This document shows, piece by piece, positions 7,852 through 17,884 of a stretch of 29,693 bases of DNA. Below the pieces are notes generated by a model. It was not told the DNA's origin, searched no databases, and was given only the letters and a program-made list of their open reading frames with translations. The first letter of the stretch is position 1. Every line of letters begins with the position of its first letter. Where the stretch lies: contig JAZDPL010000081.1 of assembly GCA_043797665.1 (NCBI GenBank), positions 1 to 29,693 of the forward strand. The letters are read 5' to 3'. Source of the stretch: Candidatus Omnitrophota bacterium (GTDB lineage: Bacteria; Ratteibacteria; UBA8468; MWAK01). A program made the position numbers and the translations under genes.

Positions 7852-9993
7852 ATGAAAACAGAGATTATGCCGGAACCGAAGAAAATTATTTCTCATCAGG
7901 GAGATTTTCGCATTTCGATCGGGTCGAAAAGACATGAAACCTGTTTTTTAATATCCGATGAGCGGGCGTGCATACCGGCCGGGCTGATAGCGGAACGGTT
8001 TAAGGCGCAAATTGTGTCCGGGGAACAGGCCAAAAACATCCATATCCGGGTAAATATTGTTAAGGACCTTGATTTTTCGCGCAAACTCCGCGCTGATCAA
8101 CGCATTGAGGCTTACCGTCTGGAGGTTTCAAAAAATGGCATAAAGCTCTCTGCCCTAACCGCGGAAGGATTACTACGCGGAGCGGCAACATTGTTCCAAA
8201 TAACGCGTTGGGAAAAAGGGCGGGGGATTGTGCCTTGTGCGGTCATAAATGACTGGCCGAATTTCCGTTATCGCTGCGGGTCAGACTGGCTGTTAAACGT
8301 AGAGGCCAACCGCTGGTCTTACGATTGGGGAGACGGCCGCGACGCTTTTCTTAAACGAATAAAGCGCAAACTTGATTTTTGCTTTGAGCATAAAAATAAT
8401 ATGGTCTGGTTTGATGGCTTTGGCTGGAATACGGAACGCTTTCCGAGGTATGCCTCTCTAATGAAAGAATGCACCCGCTACGCCCGCCGTCTGGGCATTA
8501 AACTGTTGTTTGGCGGCTATGGTGGCGGATATGGAACGGCCTATCAGCAGGGGGAGATATACCGGTGCGGCTATTTCGGAAATGTCTATCGCAACAGCCG
8601 TCCTTACCCGGACGGTGAAGTATACGACTGTTGTGGATTACCTTCAGTAGACGGAAGCCGCCGTTACGGCACCTGTCTTTCCAACGAGCAATTAAAATCA
8701 GCGAAACTGGAGGAGATGAAACGTTTTGTGGCCGAAGTCAATCCTGGGTTCATGTATATTCATGACATTGATGCCGGCGGATGGCTGTCCGCCAATGAGG
8801 CCTGGAAACAGCGCTGCGGGGAATGCCGCAAACGCTGGCCGAGCGACGAATTATCCGGCGCGGATGGCCAGGCCGGAGCTTATGCCTCCTGGTTCAGACA
8901 GGTACGCCAAGAATTAAGCGCTCTGTCATCGTCCAATGATTATTCCCCGGCGCGTGACCTGGTTTTGATTTTTATTTCGCCGTTATACACTTCTTATGAC
9001 GAGCGGGGGCCGGAAAATCTCTGGAAACTTGAAATGCAGTACTTTAACAGTTTAAGCCGGTTGATTGGGCCGGAGCATGGTATTGAATTTGGACTGCGGG
9101 AACAGTTTTATTACGCCGAGAACCGGAAGAAAATTCACAGTTTGCGGGATATGTTGGAAAAAAATGGCCATGGACATGGAATTCACGTCATTTCGTTCGG
9201 CGGCGGAGATAACTATCTAAGCGATGATTTGAGCAATATTTCGGGTGCGATGGCGCATTTTTACGAGGGGGCCGAGTCCGTGTGTTTGTCCAATGGCGGC
9301 ATGCATGAAGAACCGGTTCAGATGCTTAACGCGGAGTTTTTATGGAATGGGTCCGCCGGGGGCTACCGTGAAAATCCCGCAAATGAGATGAAAGCAGTGG
9401 CGGTTTTTAAGAAGATTGCCGCCGGCAGGTATAAACCATCGAAAATATTTGCCGCCGACGGATTTTTTGAACGGATATGTATCCGATTGTGGGGCAAAAA
9501 AGCCGGACAATTAATGAATCTCGCTCTCCAAACCAGGCATAATGGCCAGTTGCCTGTCAGCCATGTCTGGTGGTCGATAACACAAACCGTGGCCATGCTC
9601 AAAAATGACGAGGTCTGTTCCCAGATGAACTGGGAAAAAGAATTTAAACAATGGACCGGCCGCGCGCAGGCCACTGCTTTGGCTCTGAAATATGCGCGCA
9701 AAGCGGCCGGGATTTCAGATAATGAAGATATTCATTGGTTTGCCAGTTGCCTTGAAGTCGGGAAGCAATATGCTGAAGCGCTTAAATTGCTTGTCCTTTT
9801 AAAATCAGGCAAAGATAAAGCCGCGGGCGCCCGGCTGGACCGCGTAATTAGTGATCTTGAGGCGTATATTCGCAAAAATCTTGTCATTGAAAAAACAGAT
9901 ATTTTAGGGGGCGATCCGGGATGCTGGCTGGAGACAATTGCGGAAATAAAGCAATTATCGAAATCTTTCATGAAACTGCAAAAAAAGCGGTAA
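7852..9993 (+). CDS. Glycoside-hydrolase-like protein with N-terminal GH20 domain-2 (hexosaminidase-type) module
   Basis: IMPEPKKI...EAYRLEV...GLLRGAATLFQ...INDWPNFRYR is typical of GH20/GH84 domain 2. ATG 7852 is preferred over TTG 7795 because the domain begins there. No signal peptide is visible. Confidence 0.72.
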   Translation: MKTEIMPEPKKIISHQGDFRISIGSKRHETCFLISDERACIPAGLIAERFKAQIVSGEQAKNIHIRVNIVKDLDFSRKLRADQRIEAYRLEVSKNGIKLSALTAEGLLRGAATLFQITRWEKGRGIVPCAVINDWPNFRYRCGSDWLLNVEANRWSYDWGDGRDAFLKRIKRKLDFCFEHKNNMVWFDGFGWNTERFPRYASLMKECTRYARRLGIKLLFGGYGGGYGTAYQQGEIYRCGYFGNVYRNSRPYPDGEVYDCCGLPSVDGSRRYGTCLSNEQLKSAKLEEMKRFVAEVNPGFMYIHDIDAGGWLSANEAWKQRCGECRKRWPSDELSGADGQAGAYASWFRQVRQELSALSSSNDYSPARDLVLIFISPLYTSYDERGPENLWKLEMQYFNSLSRLIGPEHGIEFGLREQFYYAENRKKIHSLRDMLEKNGHGHGIHVISFGGGDNYLSDDLSNISGAMAHFYEGAESVCLSNGGMHEEPVQMLNAEFLWNGSAGGYRENPANEMKAVAVFKKIAAGRYKPSKIFAADGFFERICIRLWGKKAGQLMNLALQTRHNGQLPVSHVWWSITQTVAMLKNDEVCSQMNWEKEFKQWTGRAQATALALKYARKAAGISDNEDIHWFASCLEVGKQYAEALKLLVLLKSGKDKAAGARLDRVISDLEAYIRKNLVIEKTDILGGDPGCWLETIAEIKQLSKSFMKLQKKR

Positions 9994-10067
9994 CGTTTTC
10001 AGTGATTTCATAACGGAGGAACCTGATAAACTCTGGTGGAATATGATACGAAAGGAGAGGGTGTAAA

Positions 10068-10877
10068 ATGATTAAGAAGATGCTGGAGCAGATGGTTGGT
10101 AATCTGATGAAGTGGCTGGTCAAGACGTTTAACGAGGTCAATATGACACGGAGAGCGGAAAGCTGGGGAATTAACCCCTTTAAACCGTACTATTTACCAT
10201 ACCGAGTTCGGAGGTCTATTTGGCAAAAGGTGTCTCCCTTACACAGACATGCCTTCACGCTAATAGAGCTTTTGGTGGTAATTGCGATTATCGCAATCCT
10301 GGCCGCGATGCTCCTGCCGGCGTTGAGCCAGGCAAGAGAAAAAGCCAGGCAGGTAAGCTGCATGAACAATCTAAAGCAAATAGGATTAGCCTGCCTCATG
10401 TACGCGCAGGATAATGACGGATGGGTAGGTGTCTATAGTCTCCCGGGGTTATTCTGGTGGCAACAGTTTCCGGAATGGAACACGCTTACGGCCACCGCCG
10501 AAAATATGCGCAGAATCACCTGTCCTTCCGGCAAAAAACCGGTGAACGGGTATACCACGTATGGAGTTCGACTGGAGACGAGTGGAGACAACGTGGCAAG
10601 AACAGAGGGCTACGCATACTACAACAAGATTCTCAATCAGCCGAATCCTTCCGCGTACCACTTTATCGCAGATTCTGCGGGTGTGGAAGGCTATCAAGCC
10701 GAGTATTATTATACGTACAATGCCGGGGCGGACTTCTGTTACGTGTGCATCCGCCACAACGAGCGCGCCAACATCTGGTTTGTTGACGGCCATGCAAGTT
10801 CCTGCAGCCGGTCGGACCTGAAACAGCTCGGTATCACCTACGTCAGATATAACGATGGAACAGGAACGCAACCATAA
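10068..10877 (+). CDS. Prepilin-type N-terminal cleavage/methylation protein with H-X9-DG motif, pilin 2
   Basis: [47 protein letters not shown] and [22 protein letters not shown] lies upstream. The start could also be an internal Met. Confidence 0.9.
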   Translation: MIKKMLEQMVGNLMKWLVKTFNEVNMTRRAESWGINPFKPYYLPYRVRRSIWQKVSPLHRHAFTLIELLVVIAIIAILAAMLLPALSQAREKARQVSCMNNLKQIGLACLMYAQDNDGWVGVYSLPGLFWWQQFPEWNTLTATAENMRRITCPSGKKPVNGYTTYGVRLETSGDNVARTEGYAYYNKILNQPNPSAYHFIADSAGVEGYQAEYYYTYNAGADFCYVCIRHNERANIWFVDGHASSCSRSDLKQLGITYVRYNDGTGTQP

Positions 10878-10885
10878 GGGGGAAA

Positions 10886-11611
10886 ATGCGGCGCAGAATA
10901 ACGCGGTTGGGGATGGTTCTGGTGTTGGGTCTGTTGTTCCAGGGGATCGTCTCCCGGCTTCTTGCCGATGAGAAAGGCCTGGTAGGCTACTGGAAGTTCG
11001 ATGAAGGAGAGGGAACGACAGCCAGGGATTCTTCCGGCAAAGGCAATGACGGAACAATCTACGGGGCGACCTGGACACGGAAGGGGCAATCAGGAAGCGC
11101 GCTTTTCTTTGACGGCGAGAGTTATGTCGACTGCGGCAAGGACAAGAGCCTTGATATTACCGGCGAGTTTACGATCGAGGTGTGGGTTAAAATATCGGAG
11201 TCGAAAGAGAAGTTCGAAGCGTGTACGCTGGTGAAAAAAGGGTTCTACCGCGGCGGCTGGCAGACCTATATCCAGGAAAACTTCCTGGCCGTGTCCTCGG
11301 ACGGGGGAGCCAGCGGTGTGTATTATAGAAAGTTTCTTTCCGGAAAGTTTTATCCCTTTTATCACATAGTAATCACCTGTGAAAAAGCGGAAACAGAGAG
11401 CCAGCTGAAGTTCTATGTCGATGGGGTCCTGGGAGAAACGCTGCCGGTGAAGAGCGGATTGAAGAGCTCGGAATCCCCCCTGGTTATCGGGGCATGGGCC
11501 AGCGCCGAAGCGGATTATTTCAAGGGCATTCTCGATGAGATCAGGATTTACAACAGGGCATTAAGCGGGGAAGAAGTGAAAGCCCACTATGACGCACTGT
11601 CGGCATTATAA
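10886..11611 (+). CDS. Secreted LamG-like jellyroll (concanavalin A-like lectin) protein
   Basis: Signal peptide, then GLVGYWKFDEGEGTTARDSSGKGNDG...FTIEVWVK...FYVDG...FKGILDEIRIYNRALS. Confidence 0.9.
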   Translation: MRRRITRLGMVLVLGLLFQGIVSRLLADEKGLVGYWKFDEGEGTTARDSSGKGNDGTIYGATWTRKGQSGSALFFDGESYVDCGKDKSLDITGEFTIEVWVKISESKEKFEACTLVKKGFYRGGWQTYIQENFLAVSSDGGASGVYYRKFLSGKFYPFYHIVITCEKAETESQLKFYVDGVLGETLPVKSGLKSSESPLVIGAWASAEADYFKGILDEIRIYNRALSGEEVKAHYDALSAL

Positions 11612-11643
11612 CACATTACGCCCACACGTTAATCGGAGGTCAC

Positions 11644-14600
11644 ATGAGGATAACTGATCGGATGGCCGGAATTTTCGGGATGATGATGCTCGGATTGCTT
11701 CTGCACGGCGCATGTTCCGCGCAGGAGAAGAGAGAACCCATTCTGAATAAAAGAATCGTCGTCTTTTATCCGGAGGGTTTTCCGGAGACGAAAAGCCCGA
11801 AGCCTCTTTCCTGGTACCGGGAAGTTCTCGGCGGTTTTGGACTCGAGGTGACGACAGCGGATGTAAAAAACCTCTCGGATACCGGATTTTTAACCAGGCA
11901 AAAGTTTGACACGCTCATCCTGCCCGACGGCGAGTACATTCCTTTCGAAGCCGAATATTCAATTGTCCGCTTTCTGGCCGAGGGCGGGAACGTGGTTACT
12001 TCGGCCATTCCCTATGTCAGCGTGAAGTATGACGCGGAAACAAAAACATGGATGAGCAAAACGCATTACCGGGGGTGGTTCGCCGCGTTTCAAATACGCC
12101 GTCTGGAAACCTGGGGAGAGTTTGCCTGGGCCAAAAGAAGCCTGGATAAACCGGTAACAATCAATTCCGACCTCCCCTCGTTCCTGTCAAGCAGGCTTCC
12201 CCCGGTCGCAGGCCCGTTCAACATGACATTCGGCATGTCGGACAAGCTGAATCTCTATGGGCGGGGCGACGCCGATGTCAACGGAGAAAACGCGGAACTG
12301 GCCGCCAATATCATTTTCCCGCTTTACCTTCTTCGCAACGGAGAACCTTCAGATTTTATCGCGTACCGTTATCACAATAAAGTCATCAACGGTTCCACAA
12401 TGGTCATCTTTGGAAAACTGGGCACAGCGTTGTTTGACGGCGATACCGCCCGGGAAATGCTCTATGTATCCCTGAAACTCTGCGAGACGAAACTCCCCGG
12501 CGAGCAGGACAAATCTTATTACGAAAGGTTGATCCGGCTGAACGGAGAGATGAGCAGCCTGGAGGAAAGCTACATCGACACCGATGCGATGCTGCGCGAT
12601 GCCGCGCTCCATTCCTTCTACCAAAACGACGACGGGGACTGGCAGGACTATCGGGACCAGGTATCGTCCTACAGGGAGAAATTTTCCGAAATTTTCAAAG
12701 CGAAGCGACTGCTGGACCAGATGCTGACGTCCGACGAGCCCGATTGCGCAAAACAGGATGCCGTCCGCAAAGATCTTTTGAAAAGCATCACCGAAACAAA
12801 AAAAGAATTTCAGGGCATTCAACGCGGGTGCGCCGCGTTATTGAAGGAAATTCCCGGCAGTGAAAAACCGCCGGTCAGGAACCCTCTCAAGACGCTCCAG
12901 GTGGAGGCGATGCTCACGATTCCGAACAATCTTTACATGTTCCGGGAGTGGCATTTCCAGAATTTGAAAAAACTGGGAGTGAACGCCTATAGCTGGCAGT
13001 TTCATCCCTGGTATTGCAACGACAGCAAGGTGCTGGAGCAGATGCGGGGCGTCAAGCTGGACTTCGGTTTCTACAACTGGCCGTACATGGAACTTATTCC
13101 GTCGGCCGGCGAACTGAACCCCTCCACCGGACAGATCACGGAAACAGAGCGGCAGGTTTTTGATTACGAAAAATCCGACGCCTGCTTGAAAAAGCTTCTT
13201 GAGCCCCGGAAGGGAATCGACGTTCTGCGGATCGTCACCCATTCAGAGACCGGCATGAGGTACGGGTACTGGGGAGCCCAGGCCCGCGAAGAATATCAGG
13301 AATACCTGAAAACAAAATATGACGGCATCGAGAAGTTGAATGCCCACTGGGGGACCGACTTTAAAGATTTCAAGGAAATCCTCCTTCCGACGAAGAAACC
13401 GGTGACCGTCAGCGAACACTGCAACTGGGAGCACTGGCGCAGTTTTCGGGAAAAAAAGTATGAGGACTTCCTCAAATTCAGTTACAACACGGTGAAGAAA
13501 TACGCTCCGGACATGCCGGTGTCGCATATGGTGTCGACCGGCGCCATGAGTTCCCCCCTGTACGGGGTGAATTTTTATAATGTGACCAGATATCTGGATA
13601 TCAGCGGTATTGACGGGACGTGCGTGGGCTCCAGCATGGAATGGTTCTATCTTGACCTGACCCGCAAGCCGGTTCTGACCTGTGAGTGGGGGGGGCTTTA
13701 TAACCCGGTAACCGATGCAGTGGACGGAATACAAGGAATGAGGGCCAAACTCTGGGAGGAAGTCTGCGGAGGAAGCCTGGGTATCCCCTTTGGCAACTAC
13801 ATATGGAGCTGGGGAGGGTTTTCCGCCGGCAATTTCGTCGACAGCGTCGGCCTTCCGACCCTCTACGGCTGGGCGGGAAGGCAGGTCGTGAGGGACCTCA
13901 GGAAAATCGAGCATATCCTGCTGGACGGTTCCAGGAAGAAACCCGAAACCGGCATTCTTTTCTCCCAGACCAGCCGCTGCCACGATCAGGGATGGGGAGC
14001 CGGGGGCGAAGGGAACTTATCCAATCACACCCAGTCGGTCAACACCTATTACTCGCATCTGCTGCAATTCCATCGTTCCGGCCGGGTGATACCGGAAGAA
14101 ATGTTTGCGGAGGGCGATGACCTCAGCCATTTGAAACTGCTCATGGCGCCCCAGGCCGAGTATCTTTCCGAGGCGGTTCAACGGAAACTGATCGAATACG
14201 TCAAAAACGGCGGCAACCTGCTGTGCGAGGGGCGCACCGGAAACCTGGACAATTTCGGGCATCCGCTCAACCTGATTTTTGAAGAGGCAGGCGTCATTCC
14301 CTCGGTTGCAAAGGCACGGAGCCTTATCCTGAACAACAAGGAATACGCCCTGGCCGACAATGACGGCATTTTTGTTCCGGCTTCGCCCGCACAGGCCGGG
14401 GAAGTCCTGGCCGTGTACGCGGACAAACAGCCGGCGATCGTCTCCATTCCGCTGGGAAAAGGCAGGGTGATCGTTTCCGGGGTTTCTTTCGGCCGGCACA
14501 ATTACGCCTTCATGGACGAGGTTCTTGCCGCGGTGTGGAAAAATGTCGGCCTCAGGGAAAAATATCTTTCCAGCGAAAAAACAGTAATCTTCCGGGAATG

Positions 14601-16428
14601 GGTTTACAACGGCGAAAACTACCTTCTGTGCACCTGGAAGGCCGGCAGCACGCCGATTGAAAAGACGACGCTGCAGATTCGGGGGAATTACACGGTAAGG
14701 GATTACATGATGGGGAAAGACCTTCCTGTTTCCTTCGACGGGCAGTACACGTCGTTCTCAACGCTCTTTGATAACGGAGGCCGGATTTTCAAGGTGTCGG
14801 AACAGTCCGGGAAAACCGGGCAAGGCATAGTACCGCAGGCTTCTGTTCCCGCGCAGACAGCCCTGGCCGGTGGCGATGGAGAAATTAAAAGCGCGTCTTT
14901 GCCGTACCAGGGATACGTGTATTGCGACATTCCGCTCGACATCCAGGGATATGTTTTTCAGGCGAACGTGGTTGCGTCCGGCGACAAGGTGGACAAGGGC
15001 GAGGCGTACCTTGTGGTCAGCAGGGGCAGGGAAACGCAGAAGAAACGGCTTTACCCCGGCGGGGAGTATTATTTCAATTTCAGGGACAAAAGTTTCCTGG
15101 TGAAATGCGAGGGCTTTCGCGCCATGCAACCCTTTGTGATCATCGCCGGGATCGAGGAAACCCGCGGGAGGGGAAAGCCGTCGGCATGCTCGCTCAGGGC
15201 GGAGAACAACATCCTGACCCTTTCCAACGGCATGATCAGCGTGAAACTCGACACCGCAAGGGGCGGCAGGATAACCGAATTCGGCACGGTTGCCGACGGG
15301 GTCAACCAGATTACCGGGTTCGGCCCGACCAACGCCATGTCGGAGTACGATATGAAGTTTCCCGGTTTCTTTCTTGAGCAGCAATTCCAGCACACAACCC
15401 TTAATGATTCCCCCGGCGAAGTCAGGGTGCTGCTTGAAATGACTGCGCCGGTCAACGGCGTGCTGTTGAAAAAAACGCTGGCGCTGAAGGCGGGCGAATC
15501 GGCGCTGGAGATGCAGCTGCGTAATTACAACTTTTCCGCGTCGCGCGCGCCCGCGCCGGTGGCCGTGAATTTTCACACCGAATTGAATATCGGCGGCATG
15601 GCCGACGCAAAGGACTTCCTCATCGTGCCGGATGTCTTCAGGGGGCCCTGCCTGCCGCTGTCGGACGACGCGTATTACAAACCAAAACACAATTGGGCCG
15701 CGTGTGTGGACCGAGGGGAAAAACTTGCCTACATCAACCGTTTTTCCCTCGACGAAGTAAACAATGTGTACGTGTGGATGGACCGGCAGTTTTATACCTT
15801 CGAACTTTTCGGATTCAGGAAAGAAGTGGGGTATGGTGAAAGCGTCGATCTTGCCAACCGCATTTATTTGATGCGGGGAGCCACGGAAATAGACGGCTTC
15901 AGCAAAGGGATCGCCGCCGGCCTGGTGATGAAAAATAAAATCGACCAGCGTGATCCGGTTGCGTGCACCCTGGAAATCGCCAGTGCGCACGAGGCCGTAA
16001 AAAACGTGAAAATAGCCGTCGCCATGTTTCAGAACAATGTGAAGATAATGGATATCGCCGCCGCAGATAGCGTGTCCTTCGAACAGAACATCGAGAGGGA
16101 TTTTTCCTTTGACGCTTCGAAATTGACGGACGGAAACTATGAGATAGGCGTCGCTGTGCAGGTTGACGGCGAACAGGAACCTCTTTCGTTCAGAAAAAAC
16201 ATTGTGCTTGCCGGGACGGAGATACGGGAAAATCTGCGCCGTTACAATGAATTCAAGGCAAGGCTCGGCGAGGTGCAGAAAAAGAAAGGCGAAACACAGA
16301 AAAAGGAAATCTTCAAGATCTTCGGGATGATAGAGGATTTCAGGACAGCCCTGGAAAACGCCGGGAAGGATGACATCAGTTCCCGGATCAGGAAGATTAC
16401 CGAGAATTTGACGCGGCTTGAAGAATGA
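11644..16428 (+). CDS. Large secreted GH42-like (beta-galactosidase-type) multidomain protein
   Basis: SD GGAGG and a signal peptide. YLKTKYDGIEKLNAHWGTDFKDFKEI is a GH42-like signature. LKLLMAPQAEYLSEAVQRKLIEYVKNGGNLL resembles the GH42 trimerisation domain. The C-terminal LTLSNGMISVKLD..GGRI region resembles a galactose-mutarotase-like supersandwich. Confidence 0.75.
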   Translation: MRITDRMAGIFGMMMLGLLLHGACSAQEKREPILNKRIVVFYPEGFPETKSPKPLSWYREVLGGFGLEVTTADVKNLSDTGFLTRQKFDTLILPDGEYIPFEAEYSIVRFLAEGGNVVTSAIPYVSVKYDAETKTWMSKTHYRGWFAAFQIRRLETWGEFAWAKRSLDKPVTINSDLPSFLSSRLPPVAGPFNMTFGMSDKLNLYGRGDADVNGENAELAANIIFPLYLLRNGEPSDFIAYRYHNKVINGSTMVIFGKLGTALFDGDTAREMLYVSLKLCETKLPGEQDKSYYERLIRLNGEMSSLEESYIDTDAMLRDAALHSFYQNDDGDWQDYRDQVSSYREKFSEIFKAKRLLDQMLTSDEPDCAKQDAVRKDLLKSITETKKEFQGIQRGCAALLKEIPGSEKPPVRNPLKTLQVEAMLTIPNNLYMFREWHFQNLKKLGVNAYSWQFHPWYCNDSKVLEQMRGVKLDFGFYNWPYMELIPSAGELNPSTGQITETERQVFDYEKSDACLKKLLEPRKGIDVLRIVTHSETGMRYGYWGAQAREEYQEYLKTKYDGIEKLNAHWGTDFKDFKEILLPTKKPVTVSEHCNWEHWRSFREKKYEDFLKFSYNTVKKYAPDMPVSHMVSTGAMSSPLYGVNFYNVTRYLDISGIDGTCVGSSMEWFYLDLTRKPVLTCEWGGLYNPVTDAVDGIQGMRAKLWEEVCGGSLGIPFGNYIWSWGGFSAGNFVDSVGLPTLYGWAGRQVVRDLRKIEHILLDGSRKKPETGILFSQTSRCHDQGWGAGGEGNLSNHTQSVNTYYSHLLQFHRSGRVIPEEMFAEGDDLSHLKLLMAPQAEYLSEAVQRKLIEYVKNGGNLLCEGRTGNLDNFGHPLNLIFEEAGVIPSVAKARSLILNNKEYALADNDGIFVPASPAQAGEVLAVYADKQPAIVSIPLGKGRVIVSGVSFGRHNYAFMDEVLAAVWKNVGLREKYLSSEKTVIFREWVYNGENYLLCTWKAGSTPIEKTTLQIRGNYTVRDYMMGKDLPVSFDGQYTSFSTLFDNGGRIFKVSEQSGKTGQGIVPQASVPAQTALAGGDGEIKSASLPYQGYVYCDIPLDIQGYVFQANVVASGDKVDKGEAYLVVSRGRETQKKRLYPGGEYYFNFRDKSFLVKCEGFRAMQPFVIIAGIEETRGRGKPSACSLRAENNILTLSNGMISVKLDTARGGRITEFGTVADGVNQITGFGPTNAMSEYDMKFPGFFLEQQFQHTTLNDSPGEVRVLLEMTAPVNGVLLKKTLALKAGESALEMQLRNYNFSASRAPAPVAVNFHTELNIGGMADAKDFLIVPDVFRGPCLPLSDDAYYKPKHNWAACVDRGEKLAYINRFSLDEVNNVYVWMDRQFYTFELFGFRKEVGYGESVDLANRIYLMRGATEIDGFSKGIAAGLVMKNKIDQRDPVACTLEIASAHEAVKNVKIAVAMFQNNVKIMDIAAADSVSFEQNIERDFSFDASKLTDGNYEIGVAVQVDGEQEPLSFRKNIVLAGTEIRENLRRYNEFKARLGEVQKKKGETQKKEIFKIFGMIEDFRTALENAGKDDISSRIRKITENLTRLEE

Positions 16429-17804
16429 CGATGCAATACTTCAAGCCTGATGGGAATTTCTTCGTTGGGGATTGCATGCCGTTCTTCCATGACGGCACAT
16501 TTCGGCTGTACTACCTCCTCGATGAAGGTCACTTTGGTGCGGCAGGGGGACTGGGCGGCCACCAGTGGGCTCAGGCGAGCACGGAAGACCTGGTTCATTG
16601 GACCCACCATCCATTAGCCATACCCATTACGGAGGAACGTGAGGGCTCGATCTGCACAGGTTCGGTGTTCTTCCACGATGGCATGTACTACGGTTTCTAC
16701 GCCACTCGCCGGCGCGACCTGAAGCAGCATATTAGTCTGGCGAAGAGCAAAAATGGCATCCACTTTACGAAGACCAGCCCGAATCCGCTGGTCTCCCCAC
16801 CACCAGGATACAACCCGTGCCACTACCGTGATCCCGTCGTTTTCCATGACCCGGAAACCGGCCTCTTTCACATGCTCGTGACGGCACTGCTGGATGACTA
16901 TCCTCTTGCCGGCCGCGGTGGCTGTCTGGAGCACCTGGTCTCCCGTAATTTGGTAAACTGGGAACACAAAGAGCCGTTTCTCATCCCCGGATTCGTAGAT
17001 GTACCCGAATGTCCGGACTATTTTTTCTGGAACGGTTGGTACTACCTTGTTTTCAGCAACGGTGGGGTGGCGCGATACAGGATGTCCCGCCAGCCTCTGG
17101 GCTCCTGGTCCCGTCCCACGGTCGATATCCTCGATGGTGGCTTCTCGCTTGTCATGAAGACTGCGGCGTTCACCGGCAATCGCCGTATCGGCGTTTCCTG
17201 GTTGGGTGGACGTGTTGGTGAAAAAGACAGTGGCGCCCAGGAATTTGCAGGAAATGCCGTTTTCAGGGAACTTGTGCAACATGCCGACGGCACTCTGGGC
17301 ACGCGCTTCCTGCCGGAGATGCTTCCGCAGGGCAGAGAGACCTTCACTCCCGCGCCGGACGCGCTTACCACCGGCACTCAGTGCAAGCCCGGCAATGTTC
17401 GCCTGGACGCTCCCCACGGTATGGAGGCCGCTCTCCTCAAAGGAGTACCGCGCAATTTTCGCATAACGGCAGAGATTTCAGGGGTTTCCGGAACAGGGGT
17501 GTTCGGTCTGCGTCTCCGCCGCAGCGGTAACCGCACCGATTACGCTATCGATCGGGGTTACGATGTGTGCCTGGATCCTACCTCGAAAACTGTTCAATTG
17601 CATGCCCAAGTGATCACTCGGGTCGAGGGGCTTCAACATCCCTTCCGGCTGGATCTGATTGCCGTCGAGTCCCTCATCGATTTGTGCCTGGATAACCGTC
17701 GTTGCCTGATTGACCGCTGCCCCGAGCAGCAAGGGGACAGCCTGTTGTTCTACGCATGGGATGCGGCGGCAACCTTCAACAACATACGGATCACCGCCCT
17801 GTAG
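16425..17804 (+). CDS. Glycoside hydrolase family 32-like (five-bladed beta-propeller)
   Basis: GDCMPFFHDG.F.LYYL, WAQAST.DLVHW, CTGSV, YRDP and PECPD motifs. The ATGA overlap with the upstream stop suggests translational coupling. Confidence 0.85.
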   Translation: MTMQYFKPDGNFFVGDCMPFFHDGTFRLYYLLDEGHFGAAGGLGGHQWAQASTEDLVHWTHHPLAIPITEEREGSICTGSVFFHDGMYYGFYATRRRDLKQHISLAKSKNGIHFTKTSPNPLVSPPPGYNPCHYRDPVVFHDPETGLFHMLVTALLDDYPLAGRGGCLEHLVSRNLVNWEHKEPFLIPGFVDVPECPDYFFWNGWYYLVFSNGGVARYRMSRQPLGSWSRPTVDILDGGFSLVMKTAAFTGNRRIGVSWLGGRVGEKDSGAQEFAGNAVFRELVQHADGTLGTRFLPEMLPQGRETFTPAPDALTTGTQCKPGNVRLDAPHGMEAALLKGVPRNFRITAEISGVSGTGVFGLRLRRSGNRTDYAIDRGYDVCLDPTSKTVQLHAQVITRVEGLQHPFRLDLIAVESLIDLCLDNRRCLIDRCPEQQGDSLLFYAWDAAATFNNIRITAL

Positions 17805-17884
17805 GAGCGCTCAGAACAAAAAAATCTCCGGATGACTGTCTGTTGCCTTTTGCCGTCCGGATAGATCAGGCTGTGGAGGAATAC

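Noticed and set aside
11644..11730. Possible lipoprotein signal (LLLHGAC)
   Set aside because: HGAC is a poor lipobox, and SPase I cleavage after CSA is at least as plausible.
17756..17884. Upstream start of the beta-helix ORF and a weak inverted repeat around 17825-17866
   Set aside because: The start overlaps GH32 and a better SD lies before 17885. The inverted repeat is imperfect with no U-tract, so it is not called a terminator.
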